Origin: a candidate division FCPU426 bacterium
GTDB lineage: Bacteria > Oederibacteriota > JAAXVQ01 > JAUVAV01
Direction of reading: 5' to 3'
Assembly (NCBI GenBank): GCA_040756875.1
Contig: JBFLYH010000001.1
Coordinates: 1,052,778-1,116,777, forward strand
DNA length: 64,000 nucleotides
Shown here: piece by piece, positions 51,918 to 62,002 of the stretch
How the letters are laid out: the number at the start of each line of letters is the position of its first letter
Position numbering within the stretch: position 1 is the first letter of the stretch
Translations under genes and position numbers: made by a program
The notes under the pieces: generated by a model
Told to the model about the DNA's origin: nothing
Seen by the model: only the letters and a program-made list of their open reading frames with translations
Databases searched by the model: none

Positions 51918-54900
51918 TTATGCTTTCCTTCGGCGGGAACGGGGTTTCTCCACCCCGGCGAACGGATCGGCGCACTGGGTCTTCAGCGGCAGCCAGGGGA
52001 ACCAGCCGGCCAGGCGCATCTCGAACTGCACTTCCAGCAGATAGAGGCCGGGCAGCAAAAACAAAGTCAGCGTGGAGGCAAAGATGATGCCCCAGCCGAT
52101 GGCCAGGACCATGGGCGCAATGGCCTCCACGTAACCGCCCAGGCCGTAGGCCGTGGGCATGACCCCCGCGATGGTGGTAAGCGAGGTCAGCAGGATGGGG
52201 CGCAGGCGCGTGCGCGCGCCCTCCACCACGGCGCGCAGGTAATCTTCGAAACTGTGGCACCCCTTCTCCCGGATCAGATGGTTGATGTAATCCACCATGA
52301 TCAGGGAATCATTGACCACCACGCCGGAGAGCCCCACCACCCCGATCATGGTCAAAAAGGAAAAATCCAGGCCGTGCAGAAAAAATATCCAGATCACGCC
52401 CACGATGCCGAAGGGAATGGCCAGAATCACGATAAACGGCTGCAGAAAGGAATTGAAGAGCAGGGCCAGGATGAAATAAATCGCCAGAATGGCCACAAGG
52501 AAAGCAATGGAGATTTCCACGATGAATTTTTGGCTTTCCTTGGCTTCCCCGCCGAGTTCGTAGCGGAACCCCGGATACGCCTTGAGCAGGCCGGGGATGA
52601 ATGCGGCCAGTTTGCCGCTCACCTCCAGGGGCGTGACCCGCTGCTTGTCCAGGTTGGTTTGGATGGTGGTTACCCGGTCGCCGTTGAGGTGGTCGAGCTT
52701 GGCCACGGTCTCCTTCTCGCGCAGGTTCACCACCTCGGTAATGGGCACCAGGTTGCGCTGCTGGTTGGTGACGTGCAGCTGGCGGATGGTGTCCAGGGAC
52801 TTGCGGTCCTGGGGCCTCAGGAGCACGCGGTAATCGATCCGCTCGTCCGGGGTGTAGGTGCGGCTGACGATGCTGCCTTCAATGGCCGTGCGCACGGTCA
52901 GGCCCACGTCCTGCGCCGACAGTCCGAAGCGCGCCAGTTTTTCGAAATCGAATTCCAGGGCGAATTCCGGTTTCCCGGTTTTATCCGAGCTCTCCACGTC
53001 GGCGACGCCGGCAAGAGAGGCTAGGAACGCCTTGATCTTGCCCACGATTTCAGCCCGCTGCGCGTTGTCATTGCCGATGATTTTGACTTCCACGTCCCCG
53101 CCCACGGGCGGGCCGCCCTGGGCGATTTCAAAACGCGTCTTAATAAATTCGGGAATGGCCGCCATGGCGTCTTTCATGGCCTGGATGACCTGGTTCGGAT
53201 CATGGGTTTGTTCCGCGGCCGGCGGAAAATTGACGGTCATGGTGGCCACGTTTTCATTGTCCGGGATCTCCCAGCGGCCGCGGGCGATCTGGGTGGTGAA
53301 GGAGCTGATCGCGCCCTGGGGCTGGGCCTTGAGTACGTCCTCCACGCGGCGCGTTAGCTCGTCCATTTTAACGAGCGAGGTTTCCCGGTCCGCTTCGATG
53401 AAGCACGTGACCTGCTCGATGCTCCGGGTCGGAAAGAGCACGAATTTCATCTTCACGACCGCGAAAACCACGCTGCCGACGAAAAACACGATGAAGAGCA
53501 TGACCAGGATCAGCCGGTGGTGCAGGGCCAGGTCCAGCAGGCGCCCGTACCCTTCCCGCAGGGCCGGAAACCAGCGGCGCTCCTTCAGGGCCGCCGCTTC
53601 CCCGGCCGCCTGGCTTTTTTGCACGTGGCCGGTGAGGTGGTTGGGCAGGATGAAGTAGCTTTCGAACAAGCTGGCCATGAGGGCGAAGGTGATGACCAGG
53701 GGCACGGGCAGCACGAACTTGCCCGGGATGCCCGGCAGGAGGAAAAGCGGGGCGAAGGCGATGATGGTCGTGACCACGGTCACCAGCACGGGCAGGGCCA
53801 CCACCCGCAGCCCCTCCTTGGCCGCCTCGTAGGCGGACAGCCCCTGCAGGCGGTAACGGTAAATGCTCTCGGCCACCACGATGGCGTCGTCCACCAGCAT
53901 GCCCAGCACGATGATCATGCCCAGCATGGAGTTCCCGCTCAGGGAAACGTCGAACACCAGCATCACAAAGAGCGTGAGGAAAAGCGAGAGCGGGATGCCC
54001 ACGGCGGTCCAAAAGGCGGTGCGCAGGTTGAGGAACAGCAGCAGCACGGCCACCACCAGGATCATGCCGAAGGCCGCGTTCAGGGTGACGATGCCGAGGA
54101 TGCTGCGCGTGGCCCGCGAGGTGTCGTTGATGAAGTTGATCCGGAGCGTTTCCGGCGCCCCGGTTTTGAAATCGTCGACCGCCGCCTTGACCTGGTCGAT
54201 GGTCCTGAGGGCGTCGGCGTTCACCTTCTTGATGATTTCCAGGGTCACGCCCAGGCTGCCGTTCATCTTGATCAGGTCGCGGTATTCCTCGAACCCGTCT
54301 TCCACCCGGGCCACATCCTTCACCCGTACGCGCTGGCCTTCGAAATTGGTGCGCAGGATCATGTTTTCCACGTCCTGCAGGGTCTGGAATTTGGCTTCCG
54401 TGACCACACTCTTGGCTTCGCCCTGGCCCCGGATCGTGCCGGCCGGGATGCGGACATTGCGGGCGCGGATGAAATTGACGATGTCGCCGAGGGAGAGATA
54501 GTTAAAGGGCAGCTTGGCCAGGTCCACCAGGATCTGGATTTCACGCTGGCGGAAACCCAGAGTGTCCACCCGGGCCACGGTGGGCAGGCTTTCCAGCTTC
54601 TTCTTAAGCGCCCGGCCGAAGCGGCGGACCTCCTGTTCGCTCAGGTCGGCCGAGGAGAGCGAGACCTGGATGACGCCGAAATTGTCGGTTTTGAGCTCCC
54701 AGATCACGGGCCGGTTCTCCACCTCGGGCGGCAGGTCGATCACCTGGTCCACGGCTTTCTGGATGTCCTGTTTGACCTTCTCCTTGTCGAGCACATCCGG
54801 GTCCAGGGTCACCTGGACGCTGGAATACCCTTCGCGGCTTACGGACTCCACCTTGTCGATGCCGGACACACCCCGGATGCGGTCTTCGATCGGGATGGTG

Positions 54901-55088
54901 ACGTTGAGCTCCACGTCCTCGGGCGCGGCGCCGGGATAGATCGTCACCACGAAAACCACGTCGAAGTCCACCTTGGGAAAGGCCTCGCGCTTGATGCGCC
55001 CCAGGGAAAGCACGCCCACCAGCAGGATGCCGATAGTCAGCATGTTGACCAGTTTGGTCCGGCTGATGAAAAAGTTGAGGATGTTCAT
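51918..55088 (-). CDS. RND efflux transporter permease (AcrB/D/F family)
   Basis: YPGAAPEDVE, GMLVDDAIVVAE, GVVVNDS, RLRPILLTS. Confidence 0.95.
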   Translation of the reverse strand: MNILNFFISRTKLVNMLTIGILLVGVLSLGRIKREAFPKVDFDVVFVVTIYPGAAPEDVELNVTIPIEDRIRGVSGIDKVESVSREGYSSVQVTLDPDVLDKEKVKQDIQKAVDQVIDLPPEVENRPVIWELKTDNFGVIQVSLSSADLSEQEVRRFGRALKKKLESLPTVARVDTLGFRQREIQILVDLAKLPFNYLSLGDIVNFIRARNVRIPAGTIRGQGEAKSVVTEAKFQTLQDVENMILRTNFEGQRVRVKDVARVEDGFEEYRDLIKMNGSLGVTLEIIKKVNADALRTIDQVKAAVDDFKTGAPETLRINFINDTSRATRSILGIVTLNAAFGMILVVAVLLLFLNLRTAFWTAVGIPLSLFLTLFVMLVFDVSLSGNSMLGMIIVLGMLVDDAIVVAESIYRYRLQGLSAYEAAKEGLRVVALPVLVTVVTTIIAFAPLFLLPGIPGKFVLPVPLVITFALMASLFESYFILPNHLTGHVQKSQAAGEAAALKERRWFPALREGYGRLLDLALHHRLILVMLFIVFFVGSVVFAVVKMKFVLFPTRSIEQVTCFIEADRETSLVKMDELTRRVEDVLKAQPQGAISSFTTQIARGRWEIPDNENVATMTVNFPPAAEQTHDPNQVIQAMKDAMAAIPEFIKTRFEIAQGGPPVGGDVEVKIIGNDNAQRAEIVGKIKAFLASLAGVADVESSDKTGKPEFALEFDFEKLARFGLSAQDVGLTVRTAIEGSIVSRTYTPDERIDYRVLLRPQDRKSLDTIRQLHVTNQQRNLVPITEVVNLREKETVAKLDHLNGDRVTTIQTNLDKQRVTPLEVSGKLAAFIPGLLKAYPGFRYELGGEAKESQKFIVEISIAFLVAILAIYFILALLFNSFLQPFIVILAIPFGIVGVIWIFFLHGLDFSFLTMIGVVGLSGVVVNDSLIMVDYINHLIREKGCHSFEDYLRAVVEGARTRLRPILLTSLTTIAGVMPTAYGLGGYVEAIAPMVLAIGWGIIFASTLTLFLLPGLYLLEVQFEMRLAGWFPWLPLKTQCADPFAGVEKPRSRRRKA

Positions 55089-55091
55089 AGG

Positions 55092-56624
55092 CTATTCTCC
55101 CTGGCTGCGGGACAGACGCGCCTCCAGCTCCGGGAACCCGGAAAGCAGGCGGTCGCTTAGGGACAGGTATTCGAGCTGCAGGCGCTTGAGCTGGATCTGG
55201 GTGCGCACGAGATTGAGCCGGGCGCTGGTCAGGGCGTTCTGGGCGTCGATGAGGTAGAAAGTATCCAGGCGGCCGATGCGGTAGTTGCGTTCATCGAGCG
55301 CCAGTTTTTCCTCGGCGTTCCTGACCTGTTCCTGCTGCAATTGCTCCACGTCCCGAAAACGCCGGATGTTTTCAGCCATCTGCACCAGGGCCAGGGCCAG
55401 GGTTTGCCGGGTGGCGGCCAGGCCGGCGTGCAGTTCCTCCCGGCCGGACCGGGCCTGGCCCTCATCGCCGCCGGCCTGCATCCCGCCGAGGGGGTAACTG
55501 GCCTGGAGAAACACGCTGTAATCGCGGCGGTTCACTTGGTCGTACCCGCCCTGTTTGTCGTCGCTCCGGCCTTTCCAGGCCACGTCTCCCACCAGGTCCA
55601 TTTGCGGCAGGCTGCTGTTGTTGGCCACGAATTCCCGTTCCTCGACCTGGCGCAACGCCAGTTCGAGCTTCCGCAGCAGCCGCAGGCGGTTCACTTCGGC
55701 TTCCGCGGTTCCGTCTTCCAGCAGCACGCAGTCCGGGGCGGCCGCGGCAAGGTCCGGCCGGATCGCGAGTTTGCCGGGATCGGTTTCCGGACGGCCGGCG
55801 CGCAGGCAGGCGATGTCGCGCGTGGCGTTCAGAAGCGCGCCCTCGGCCTGGGACAATTGCCCCTGGAAGTTCAGCACGTTGTCGCGGGTGCGCAGCAGAT
55901 CCGTCCGCTCGGCCACGCCCGAGCGGACTTTGCGCCCGACTTGCTCCTCCAGGCGTTTGAGTTCAGACACGATTTCACGCAGAGCCGCGACGTTTTCGTA
56001 CGCCGCCACCCAGTCGAAATAGGCGCCGTATAGCTCGGCCAGGCGCTTTTCCCAGGCTTCCCGGGCGTCCAGTTCAGCCGCTTGGCGTTGCAATTCGGCG
56101 GAAACCACGGGAAAGCGTTCGGCCAGGCCGAATGCATTTTTAAGCAGCGGCTGCACCAGCGAAACCCGGAACACGGGCTGGCTGGTTTCCGCCGCAAGGT
56201 CGAAGGCGCCGCCGAAAGCCGCGGCCAAGGCCGGATCGACGTTGTAGCCCAGATCCGTGAGGCCGTTTTCATGGGCCAGTTTGAGCCTGGTGCCGGATTC
56301 CAAAAAGAGTTTTTGCAGGCTCACCTGGTAGCTCAGGGTGTCGATGGTTTGCGGTTCGAAAACCACGCCGCTCGTGGACTCGGTGTGCACCCAGCCCGCG
56401 GCCGCGCCCAGGGTCAGGTCGGACATGGCCCGCGTCGAGAGCACCGCGTATTTTGCCTGCAGGTAAGTGTGCAGGGCGCGGTTAAACTCCGGATCCTGGC
56501 CAAGCGCCTCCCCCAGAAATTGTCGGCAGGTGAGCTCCTGGCTGTCAGCGGCCAAAAGCCGGCCGGGCAGCAGGCACCCTCCCAGGCAAACCGCCAGAAA
56601 TAACCAATGACGCGCGAGAGTCAT
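55092..56624 (-). CDS. TolC family outer-membrane efflux protein
   Basis: Signal peptide; QPLLKNAFG, coiled coils, YRIGR...IDAQ; AAAGGAG RBS. Confidence 0.85.
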   Translation of the reverse strand: MTLARHWLFLAVCLGGCLLPGRLLAADSQELTCRQFLGEALGQDPEFNRALHTYLQAKYAVLSTRAMSDLTLGAAAGWVHTESTSGVVFEPQTIDTLSYQVSLQKLFLESGTRLKLAHENGLTDLGYNVDPALAAAFGGAFDLAAETSQPVFRVSLVQPLLKNAFGLAERFPVVSAELQRQAAELDAREAWEKRLAELYGAYFDWVAAYENVAALREIVSELKRLEEQVGRKVRSGVAERTDLLRTRDNVLNFQGQLSQAEGALLNATRDIACLRAGRPETDPGKLAIRPDLAAAAPDCVLLEDGTAEAEVNRLRLLRKLELALRQVEEREFVANNSSLPQMDLVGDVAWKGRSDDKQGGYDQVNRRDYSVFLQASYPLGGMQAGGDEGQARSGREELHAGLAATRQTLALALVQMAENIRRFRDVEQLQQEQVRNAEEKLALDERNYRIGRLDTFYLIDAQNALTSARLNLVRTQIQLKRLQLEYLSLSDRLLSGFPELEARLSRSQGE

Positions 56625-56665
56625 GGCGTCTCCTTTCTTCCTTATCAATGGATTTGGGGGTGAAA

Positions 56666-57358
56666 TCAATTCTTTCGTTCGCCCGGCAGCCAAGCAAGCA
56701 CATAACGGGCTAAAGCCTGCAAATCAGGGAAACAGCGTTCAGCCTCCTGCAACCGGTCGCAGCCCAAGGATGTGCCCACGGCCAGCACGGCCAGACCGGC
56801 GGCCTTGGCCGAACGCACGCCCAGGGGCGCGTTCTCGACGACCACGGCCTGGTGAGCGGCCAGCTCCAGCGCAGCCAGGGCGCGCAGATACGGTTCGGGA
56901 TGGGGCTTGCCGCGTTCCACCTGGTCGCCGGTGATGATGATTTCGAACTTCTTCTGGATGTCCAGCGGAAGGCTGATGTCCAGTTCCTGCCGCGCGGTGC
57001 CGGTCACCAGGGCCAGGCGCTGGCCGCGCTGCAGCAACGCGTCGAGGAATTCCGGAACCCCGGCGAACACTTCCACCTGGGCGATGGCTTTAAAGCGCTC
57101 TTCCTTCTGCCGGATCAGTTCCCGGATCCGCTCCAGGCTGGCCTCAACCCCGCGCTCCCGCAGGAAATGCCCGACCGCGGCCGTTCCCGATTCCCCTTCC
57201 CGTTCGTACACTTCCTCGGGCGTGATCGTGAGCCCCACGCTGCGAAAAGTCTCCTCCCAGGCGCGGGCGTGGAACGGCATACCGTTGATGATCACGCCGT
57301 CCATGTCGAAAATCATGGCCTGGATCGCTTCCGGCCGGATGGTTTCAGGCGGGGTCAC
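56666..57358 (-). CDS. HAD family phosphatase (beta-phosphoglucomutase-like)
   Basis: FDMDGV, VTGT, KPHPEPY, VENAPLG; GTGA overlap with the upstream gene. Confidence 0.9.
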   Translation of the reverse strand: MTPPETIRPEAIQAMIFDMDGVIINGMPFHARAWEETFRSVGLTITPEEVYEREGESGTAAVGHFLRERGVEASLERIRELIRQKEERFKAIAQVEVFAGVPEFLDALLQRGQRLALVTGTARQELDISLPLDIQKKFEIIITGDQVERGKPHPEPYLRALAALELAAHQAVVVENAPLGVRSAKAAGLAVLAVGTSLGCDRLQEAERCFPDLQALARYVLAWLPGERKN

Positions 57359-58254
57359 GGCGTTTTTTTCTCCTGTTCGGCTTCCAAATAACGATGGAAA
57401 AATTCGGTCACGCGTTCCTGGTAAGCGGTGCGCTGCACGACCATGGCTTGACCGTGGTCGGCCCCGGGCACCAGCCATATTTCCTTCCCGGCCGCCGGGC
57501 AGGCTTCGAACAGCTTTCGCGAATGCCACGGCGGGATCTGGCGGTCCTGCTCGCCGTGAATGAACAGCACCGGGAAGCGCAGGTCGCGCACCGCGTTGAT
57601 CGCCGAGGCGTCCTCGGCCCGGCGCTTGAGAAAAATCCGGCCATACCATTTGGAGAGCCAGATCAGCGGCAGCTTGAGCGGCCCCCGGGCCCAGCGGTAG
57701 CCGTCGTGCATCATGGTCTCAAAATCCACGAACGGCGAGTCCGCCACCAGGGCCTTGGCGTCCGGATGGTTCGCCTGGATGAAAATCGAGGCGGACAGCG
57801 AAAACCCGTACTGGCCGATGCGGCCCGTGCCCACTTCGGGCCGGGTCTTCAGGTACTCCATGGCCGCGGCCACGTCCTTGCGCTCGTCGTAGCCGAAGGT
57901 GGTGAACTTCCCCTGGCTTTCCCCGAACGCCCGGAAATCCAGGTAGAGGCAGTTGAAGCGCCGGAGCAAAAACGCAGTCGCGGGTAGGATGTTCCCCTTG
58001 TCAAAGGGATACCCGTGCCCGATGACCACGGCCGCGGTGGTGCGGGTCGTGGGGATGAACCAGCCGGTCAGTTCCAGCCCGTCTTCCGTGGTCAGAGTCA
58101 CGCGTTCGTACTCCACCCCGAAGGTTTTGGGCGTGGCGGCGGAGTGGGTCCGCGCCGGCATAAGCGCCACCACGAACATGGCGGAGGTGTACACGACCAT
58201 TGCCAGAATGACCAGCGAAAGAATCAGCATTATACGCCAGAGGACGGATGTCAT
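57355..58254 (-). CDS. Membrane-anchored alpha/beta hydrolase
   Basis: N-terminal TM, HGY, DFRAFGES, GFSLS nucleophile elbow, IHGEQD, GADH. Confidence 0.88.
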   Translation of the reverse strand: MTSVLWRIMLILSLVILAMVVYTSAMFVVALMPARTHSAATPKTFGVEYERVTLTTEDGLELTGWFIPTTRTTAAVVIGHGYPFDKGNILPATAFLLRRFNCLYLDFRAFGESQGKFTTFGYDERKDVAAAMEYLKTRPEVGTGRIGQYGFSLSASIFIQANHPDAKALVADSPFVDFETMMHDGYRWARGPLKLPLIWLSKWYGRIFLKRRAEDASAINAVRDLRFPVLFIHGEQDRQIPPWHSRKLFEACPAAGKEIWLVPGADHGQAMVVQRTAYQERVTEFFHRYLEAEQEKKTP

Positions 58255-58264
58255 GAGTGTCGGG

Positions 58265-58294
58265 ATTGTAGCACAGGCAGGTGGGAGGAAACAA
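58265..58294 (-). promoter_or_regulatory. Promoter of the hydrolase-HAD-tolC-RND operon
   Basis: TTGTTT-18 nt-TACAAT with extended TG, 10 nt before the ATG. Confidence 0.55.
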
Positions 58295-58317
58295 CCCGGA
58301 AGGGCGGCCGCAGGGTC

Positions 58318-59454
58318 CTAAAGACGGTCCTGGAAATCAGCACCTTTCTGGAGGGGGCGCCGGGGCAGGATCAATTCCACCAGCGTGCCTTTGCCGGGTT
58401 CGGAAGTCAGCCGCACCATGCCCTGATGCGCTTCCACCACGCGTTTGACGAGAGGCAGGCCGATGCCGATGCCGCCGCCGCCGAAGCGGCAGTTGCTGCT
58501 GGTGTGCAGGGACACGTCGGCCACCTCGTAGAACGGTTCGAATACTTTGCCCTGCTCCTCTTCCGGAATGCCGATGCCGTTGTCCTTGACCCACAGCACC
58601 ACGTGCTGGTCCCGGTCCTCGGCGCCAATGACCACCCAACCGCCGTCGTTGGTGTTGCGCAGGGCGTTCTGCACCAGTTCGGCCAGGCTTTGGTGCAGGC
58701 GGATCAGATCCCCGGCAAACGCCTCCAGTTCGGCGCCCTCCTCCAGCCTGAGCTCGAGCTTGCGTTCGGTCGAGGACGCTTTCATTTCCGCCAGCACGTC
58801 GGCCAGCAGTTTGCGCGGCCATACGTCCTGCAGGTGCAGCTGGAACTCCCCGGAATCCGCCTGGGCGATGGTTTGGATGTTGTTGACGATCCCGATCAGC
58901 TGTTTGCTCGATTTCAGGATGATATTGAGCAGTCCGACCTGGTCGTCGCTGAAGGAGGCGCTCTGCCGCTGCAGGATCGTAAGGTAGCCGTAAATGAGGG
59001 TGAGGGGCGTGCGCAGTTCGTGGGACACCAGGGTCAGGAACTTGTCCTTCATTTCATTGAGGCTTCTCAGCATCAAGTTTTGCTGGGACAATTCTTTCTT
59101 AGCCACGGCCTTGCGGACCGCTTCCAGCAACTGCTCGCGCTTGCAGGGTTTGAGCAGAAAATCACCCGCGCCCGCCCGCATGCAGGCCACGGCCGCGTCC
59201 AGGGTGCCGGACGCGGTCATCACCACCACTTCGGTGCTGGGGCGGATTTTTTTCAGCGCTGCGATGATCCGGCTGCCGTCCACGCCCGCCACGTCCAGGT
59301 CCGTGATCGCCACGCCGTATTCGGTGGCCACGATCCGTTTGCGCGCCTCGTCCAGGTTGGCTGCGCCGTCGGTCTCGAATCCGGCCTCAGCCAGAATCAG
59401 GGAGGTGGCGTTAAGCGTGATTTTATCCGGATCGATCAACAATATCCTGGTCAT
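58318..59454 (-). CDS. Hybrid response regulator / histidine kinase
   Basis: Receiver domain (ITD, TA, KP), SHELRTPL, DNGIG, GIGIGL. Confidence 0.92.
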   Translation of the reverse strand: MTRILLIDPDKITLNATSLILAEAGFETDGAANLDEARKRIVATEYGVAITDLDVAGVDGSRIIAALKKIRPSTEVVVMTASGTLDAAVACMRAGAGDFLLKPCKREQLLEAVRKAVAKKELSQQNLMLRSLNEMKDKFLTLVSHELRTPLTLIYGYLTILQRQSASFSDDQVGLLNIILKSSKQLIGIVNNIQTIAQADSGEFQLHLQDVWPRKLLADVLAEMKASSTERKLELRLEEGAELEAFAGDLIRLHQSLAELVQNALRNTNDGGWVVIGAEDRDQHVVLWVKDNGIGIPEEEQGKVFEPFYEVADVSLHTSSNCRFGGGGIGIGLPLVKRVVEAHQGMVRLTSEPGKGTLVELILPRRPLQKGADFQDRL

Positions 59455-59609
59455 GCCAAGACGACCTTTGGGCAGAATAAGGCATACCTTCGCCAGGAAT
59501 AGTATCGATAAAATATGGAAAAAACTGAATGTACGGGAAGGAAGAAATCCGAGGAAGCTTTCCTGCATAAAACCGGATTTTTCAGGGAAAAACAGGCGGC
59601 GGCGCAGAA

Positions 59610-59897
59610 TCAGAGGTTTTTAAACATCTCGTCCCATTTGCGTTTTGAGGCTTCCTGCAGGGAGTCCTTCCGCTGGGCCTGGAAGACCCGGAAGGCAAAG
59701 GACCCGCAATCATTGGCCGACCGTTTGTCGCGCCGCATGGGGAGCCCTTCCACCAGGCACTGCTGAAACGCCGCTGGCGAGTGGGAGCGGCAATTGAAAC
59801 AGCAGTGGAGCGGCGCCGAACAATTCGGGCAGGCCGCCTCCCGGGTCAAGGGGTCCGGCAGCTTGATCTCTTTCTGGCATTTATAGCAGCGTTGCAT
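59610..59897 (-). CDS. Small Cys-rich zinc-ribbon protein
   Basis: CYKC, CPNC, CFNC, C...NDC; ends WDEMFK. Confidence 0.75.
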   Translation of the reverse strand: MQRCYKCQKEIKLPDPLTREAACPNCSAPLHCCFNCRSHSPAAFQQCLVEGLPMRRDKRSANDCGSFAFRVFQAQRKDSLQEASKRKWDEMFKNL

Positions 59898-59966
59898 GGG
59901 ATCAGTGTAAGCCGCGCGCACGCGAAAAGCAAGCGCGATGCGGACCCGGGCAAAAGACGCGCCTTC

Positions 59967-60074
59967 ACTACGAAGGCACGAAGAGCGCTAAGTTAACACG
60001 AAGGAAAAATGGTTTTTCCATCTTTTACCCCGAAACCTCTTTTGCTTTTCTTCGTGTCCTTCGTGCCTTCGTGG
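59967..60074. repeat. CACGAAG-family palindromic element
   Basis: ACTACGAAGGCACGAAG...CTTCGTGTCCTTCGTGCCTTCGTGG. Confidence 0.8.
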
Positions 60075-60177
60075 CGGAAGCCTCGTTACCTTTCCGCCGG
60101 CCGAGGGAAAAGTGCTTGCGCCGCGGCTTCGGGTCCGATACTATTTAAGGAAACACCATTCTTTCCCGGAGCCGGGC

Positions 60178-61458
60178 ATGGGCCTCAACATCCGACAAAA
60201 GATCCTGCTCGCTTTCCTGATCGTCATCCTGGTCTCGGGCGCCGCGGTTTTTCTCATCAATAACAATAGCACCCAGATCACTGAACTCACCAACTTCATC
60301 ATCAACGAGGACATGAAAAATATTCTCAGGTCCCAGAAGATGATGGAGGACCTGCTCCATACGGATTGGGCCCTTTCCAAATACCAGCTGACCCACCAGC
60401 CCACCTGGCGCAACATGATCTACAAGGCTCAGCGGGAATTCAAAAAGGAGTTCCTAGAGACCAAGCGCAATGTGGTGCGGGACAACGAGAAGACCCTCGT
60501 AGCCAACATCAGCAAACTGTACGAAAAATACGCCCACCAGGTTGGGAATCAAATCAACCGTTTCGAGCAGGGACTTCTCGACCTCTCGACGCAGCAGGTC
60601 TTGCGCCAGCAGGAAAGCGTCGTTGGGGAAATCGTGGAACAGCTGCAGCAGTTGAGTTACCTAAATGCCGGCAGGCTCAACGAACGTCTGGAGCAGGCTA
60701 AAAAGATCAAGAAATTCAACCAGAACCTTTCCGTGGCCGTGATCCTGGTGGTCACGCTGACCTCGGCCCTGCTGGTGTTCGTGCTCAACCAGAATATCAT
60801 CCTGCCGATCCGCCGCCTGATGGAGGGCGTGCGCAAATTCGCCGGCGGCAATTTCGCGGCCCAGGTGCCGGTCACCTCGCAGGACGAGGTCGGAGAGTTG
60901 TCCAGCGCCTTCAACGAAATGGCCAAGAACATTAGGACCGACCGGCAGAAGCTGACCGCCCTCACCACGCTGGACGAAAAAACCGGGCTGTTCAACTTCC
61001 GCCACTTCAAACAGGCCGTGAACGAGGAAATCAAGCGCGCCGAGCGCTACAACCGCCATATCTCGCTGGTCATGATCGACATCGACCATTTCAAGCACTA
61101 CAACGACACCAACGGCCATCCCATGGGCGACCTGTTGCTGAAAGAATTGTCCCTGATCCTAAAAGAAGCCACCCGCGAAACCGACATGGTGGCCCGTTTT
61201 GGGGGCGAGGAATTCATCCTGCTCCTGCCGGAAACACCCCTCCGGGAAGCCGTCAAACTGGCCGAAAGCCTGCGCGTGCGCATTAAAAACCACGTTTTTC
61301 CCATGGAAGAAAAACAGCCCAGCAAGGACCTGACCGTGAGCATGGGCGTAGCCGCCTACCCTTCCCGTAACGTGGTTTCCTCGGATACCCTGCTGGAACG
61401 GGCCGACCAGGCTCTGTATAAAGCGAAGAAACAGGGCCGCAACCGGGTTTGTTCCTAA
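60178..61458 (+). CDS. Membrane diguanylate cyclase (helical sensor-HAMP-GGDEF)
   Basis: Two TM, HAMP (DEVGELSSAFNEM), DIDHFK..ND..GH, RETD I-site, RFGGEEF. Confidence 0.93.
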   Translation: MGLNIRQKILLAFLIVILVSGAAVFLINNNSTQITELTNFIINEDMKNILRSQKMMEDLLHTDWALSKYQLTHQPTWRNMIYKAQREFKKEFLETKRNVVRDNEKTLVANISKLYEKYAHQVGNQINRFEQGLLDLSTQQVLRQQESVVGEIVEQLQQLSYLNAGRLNERLEQAKKIKKFNQNLSVAVILVVTLTSALLVFVLNQNIILPIRRLMEGVRKFAGGNFAAQVPVTSQDEVGELSSAFNEMAKNIRTDRQKLTALTTLDEKTGLFNFRHFKQAVNEEIKRAERYNRHISLVMIDIDHFKHYNDTNGHPMGDLLLKELSLILKEATRETDMVARFGGEEFILLLPETPLREAVKLAESLRVRIKNHVFPMEEKQPSKDLTVSMGVAAYPSRNVVSSDTLLERADQALYKAKKQGRNRVCS

Positions 61459-61512
61459 AAAAAGCCGAATAATTTTACCGCCTCCCGGGTCTAATCTGCA
61501 GAGGAGGCGGCC

Positions 61513-61878
61513 ATGCACGATCCCCATTCCATCCCCTTTGTAACCGAGGAACTGCAAAAGCTGTGCCGGCAGCTGTCCGCCACCGGGCAGCGGACACCGT
61601 GGCCTGTCGCGCAGGCGTACAGCCTGCACCGCTCCACCTCCCGCCTGGCCAAAGCCGTACTGCACCTGGCCAGCGCCCGTTCCCAAAAAGCCAAGACCGC
61701 GCATTACCAAAATGCACTGGCAGCGGCCCGCGCCGCGGAAGTGCTTTTGGAACGGCCTTTGGACCGGCACTGGCTGGCCAGGCGGCAACAGCGGCATTTG
61801 CGCCGCGACCTGGCGTGCCTCACCGAATTACTCCTGCGCATAGTGGCCTCCCTGCAGCCGAAGCCCCCCAAACGTTGA
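61513..61878 (+). CDS. Divergent four-helix-bundle family-like protein
   Basis: GAGGAGG RBS; 121 aa with helical spacing P...Y.L....A...+..L resembling four helix bundle proteins but lacking the usual NIAEG motif. Confidence 0.5.
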   Translation: MHDPHSIPFVTEELQKLCRQLSATGQRTPWPVAQAYSLHRSTSRLAKAVLHLASARSQKAKTAHYQNALAAARAAEVLLERPLDRHWLARRQQRHLRRDLACLTELLLRIVASLQPKPPKR

Positions 61879-62002
61879 CATTCCCGACCTGCTTATGGTT
61901 TGATGGTGAAGCCCCGGAGCAGGCGCAACGCTTTCCCCGACCAAAGGGACTGCCCAGGGACGAAAGGCGAAGACAACGTTTCTTAGAAAGGAACCCGGGT
62001 CT

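Noticed and set aside
61513-61878. Diversity-generating retroelement (Avd-like gene plus repeats in the giant ORF)
   Set aside because: No reverse transcriptase; the repeat copies are all in-frame coding and I saw no adenine-specific mismatch pattern
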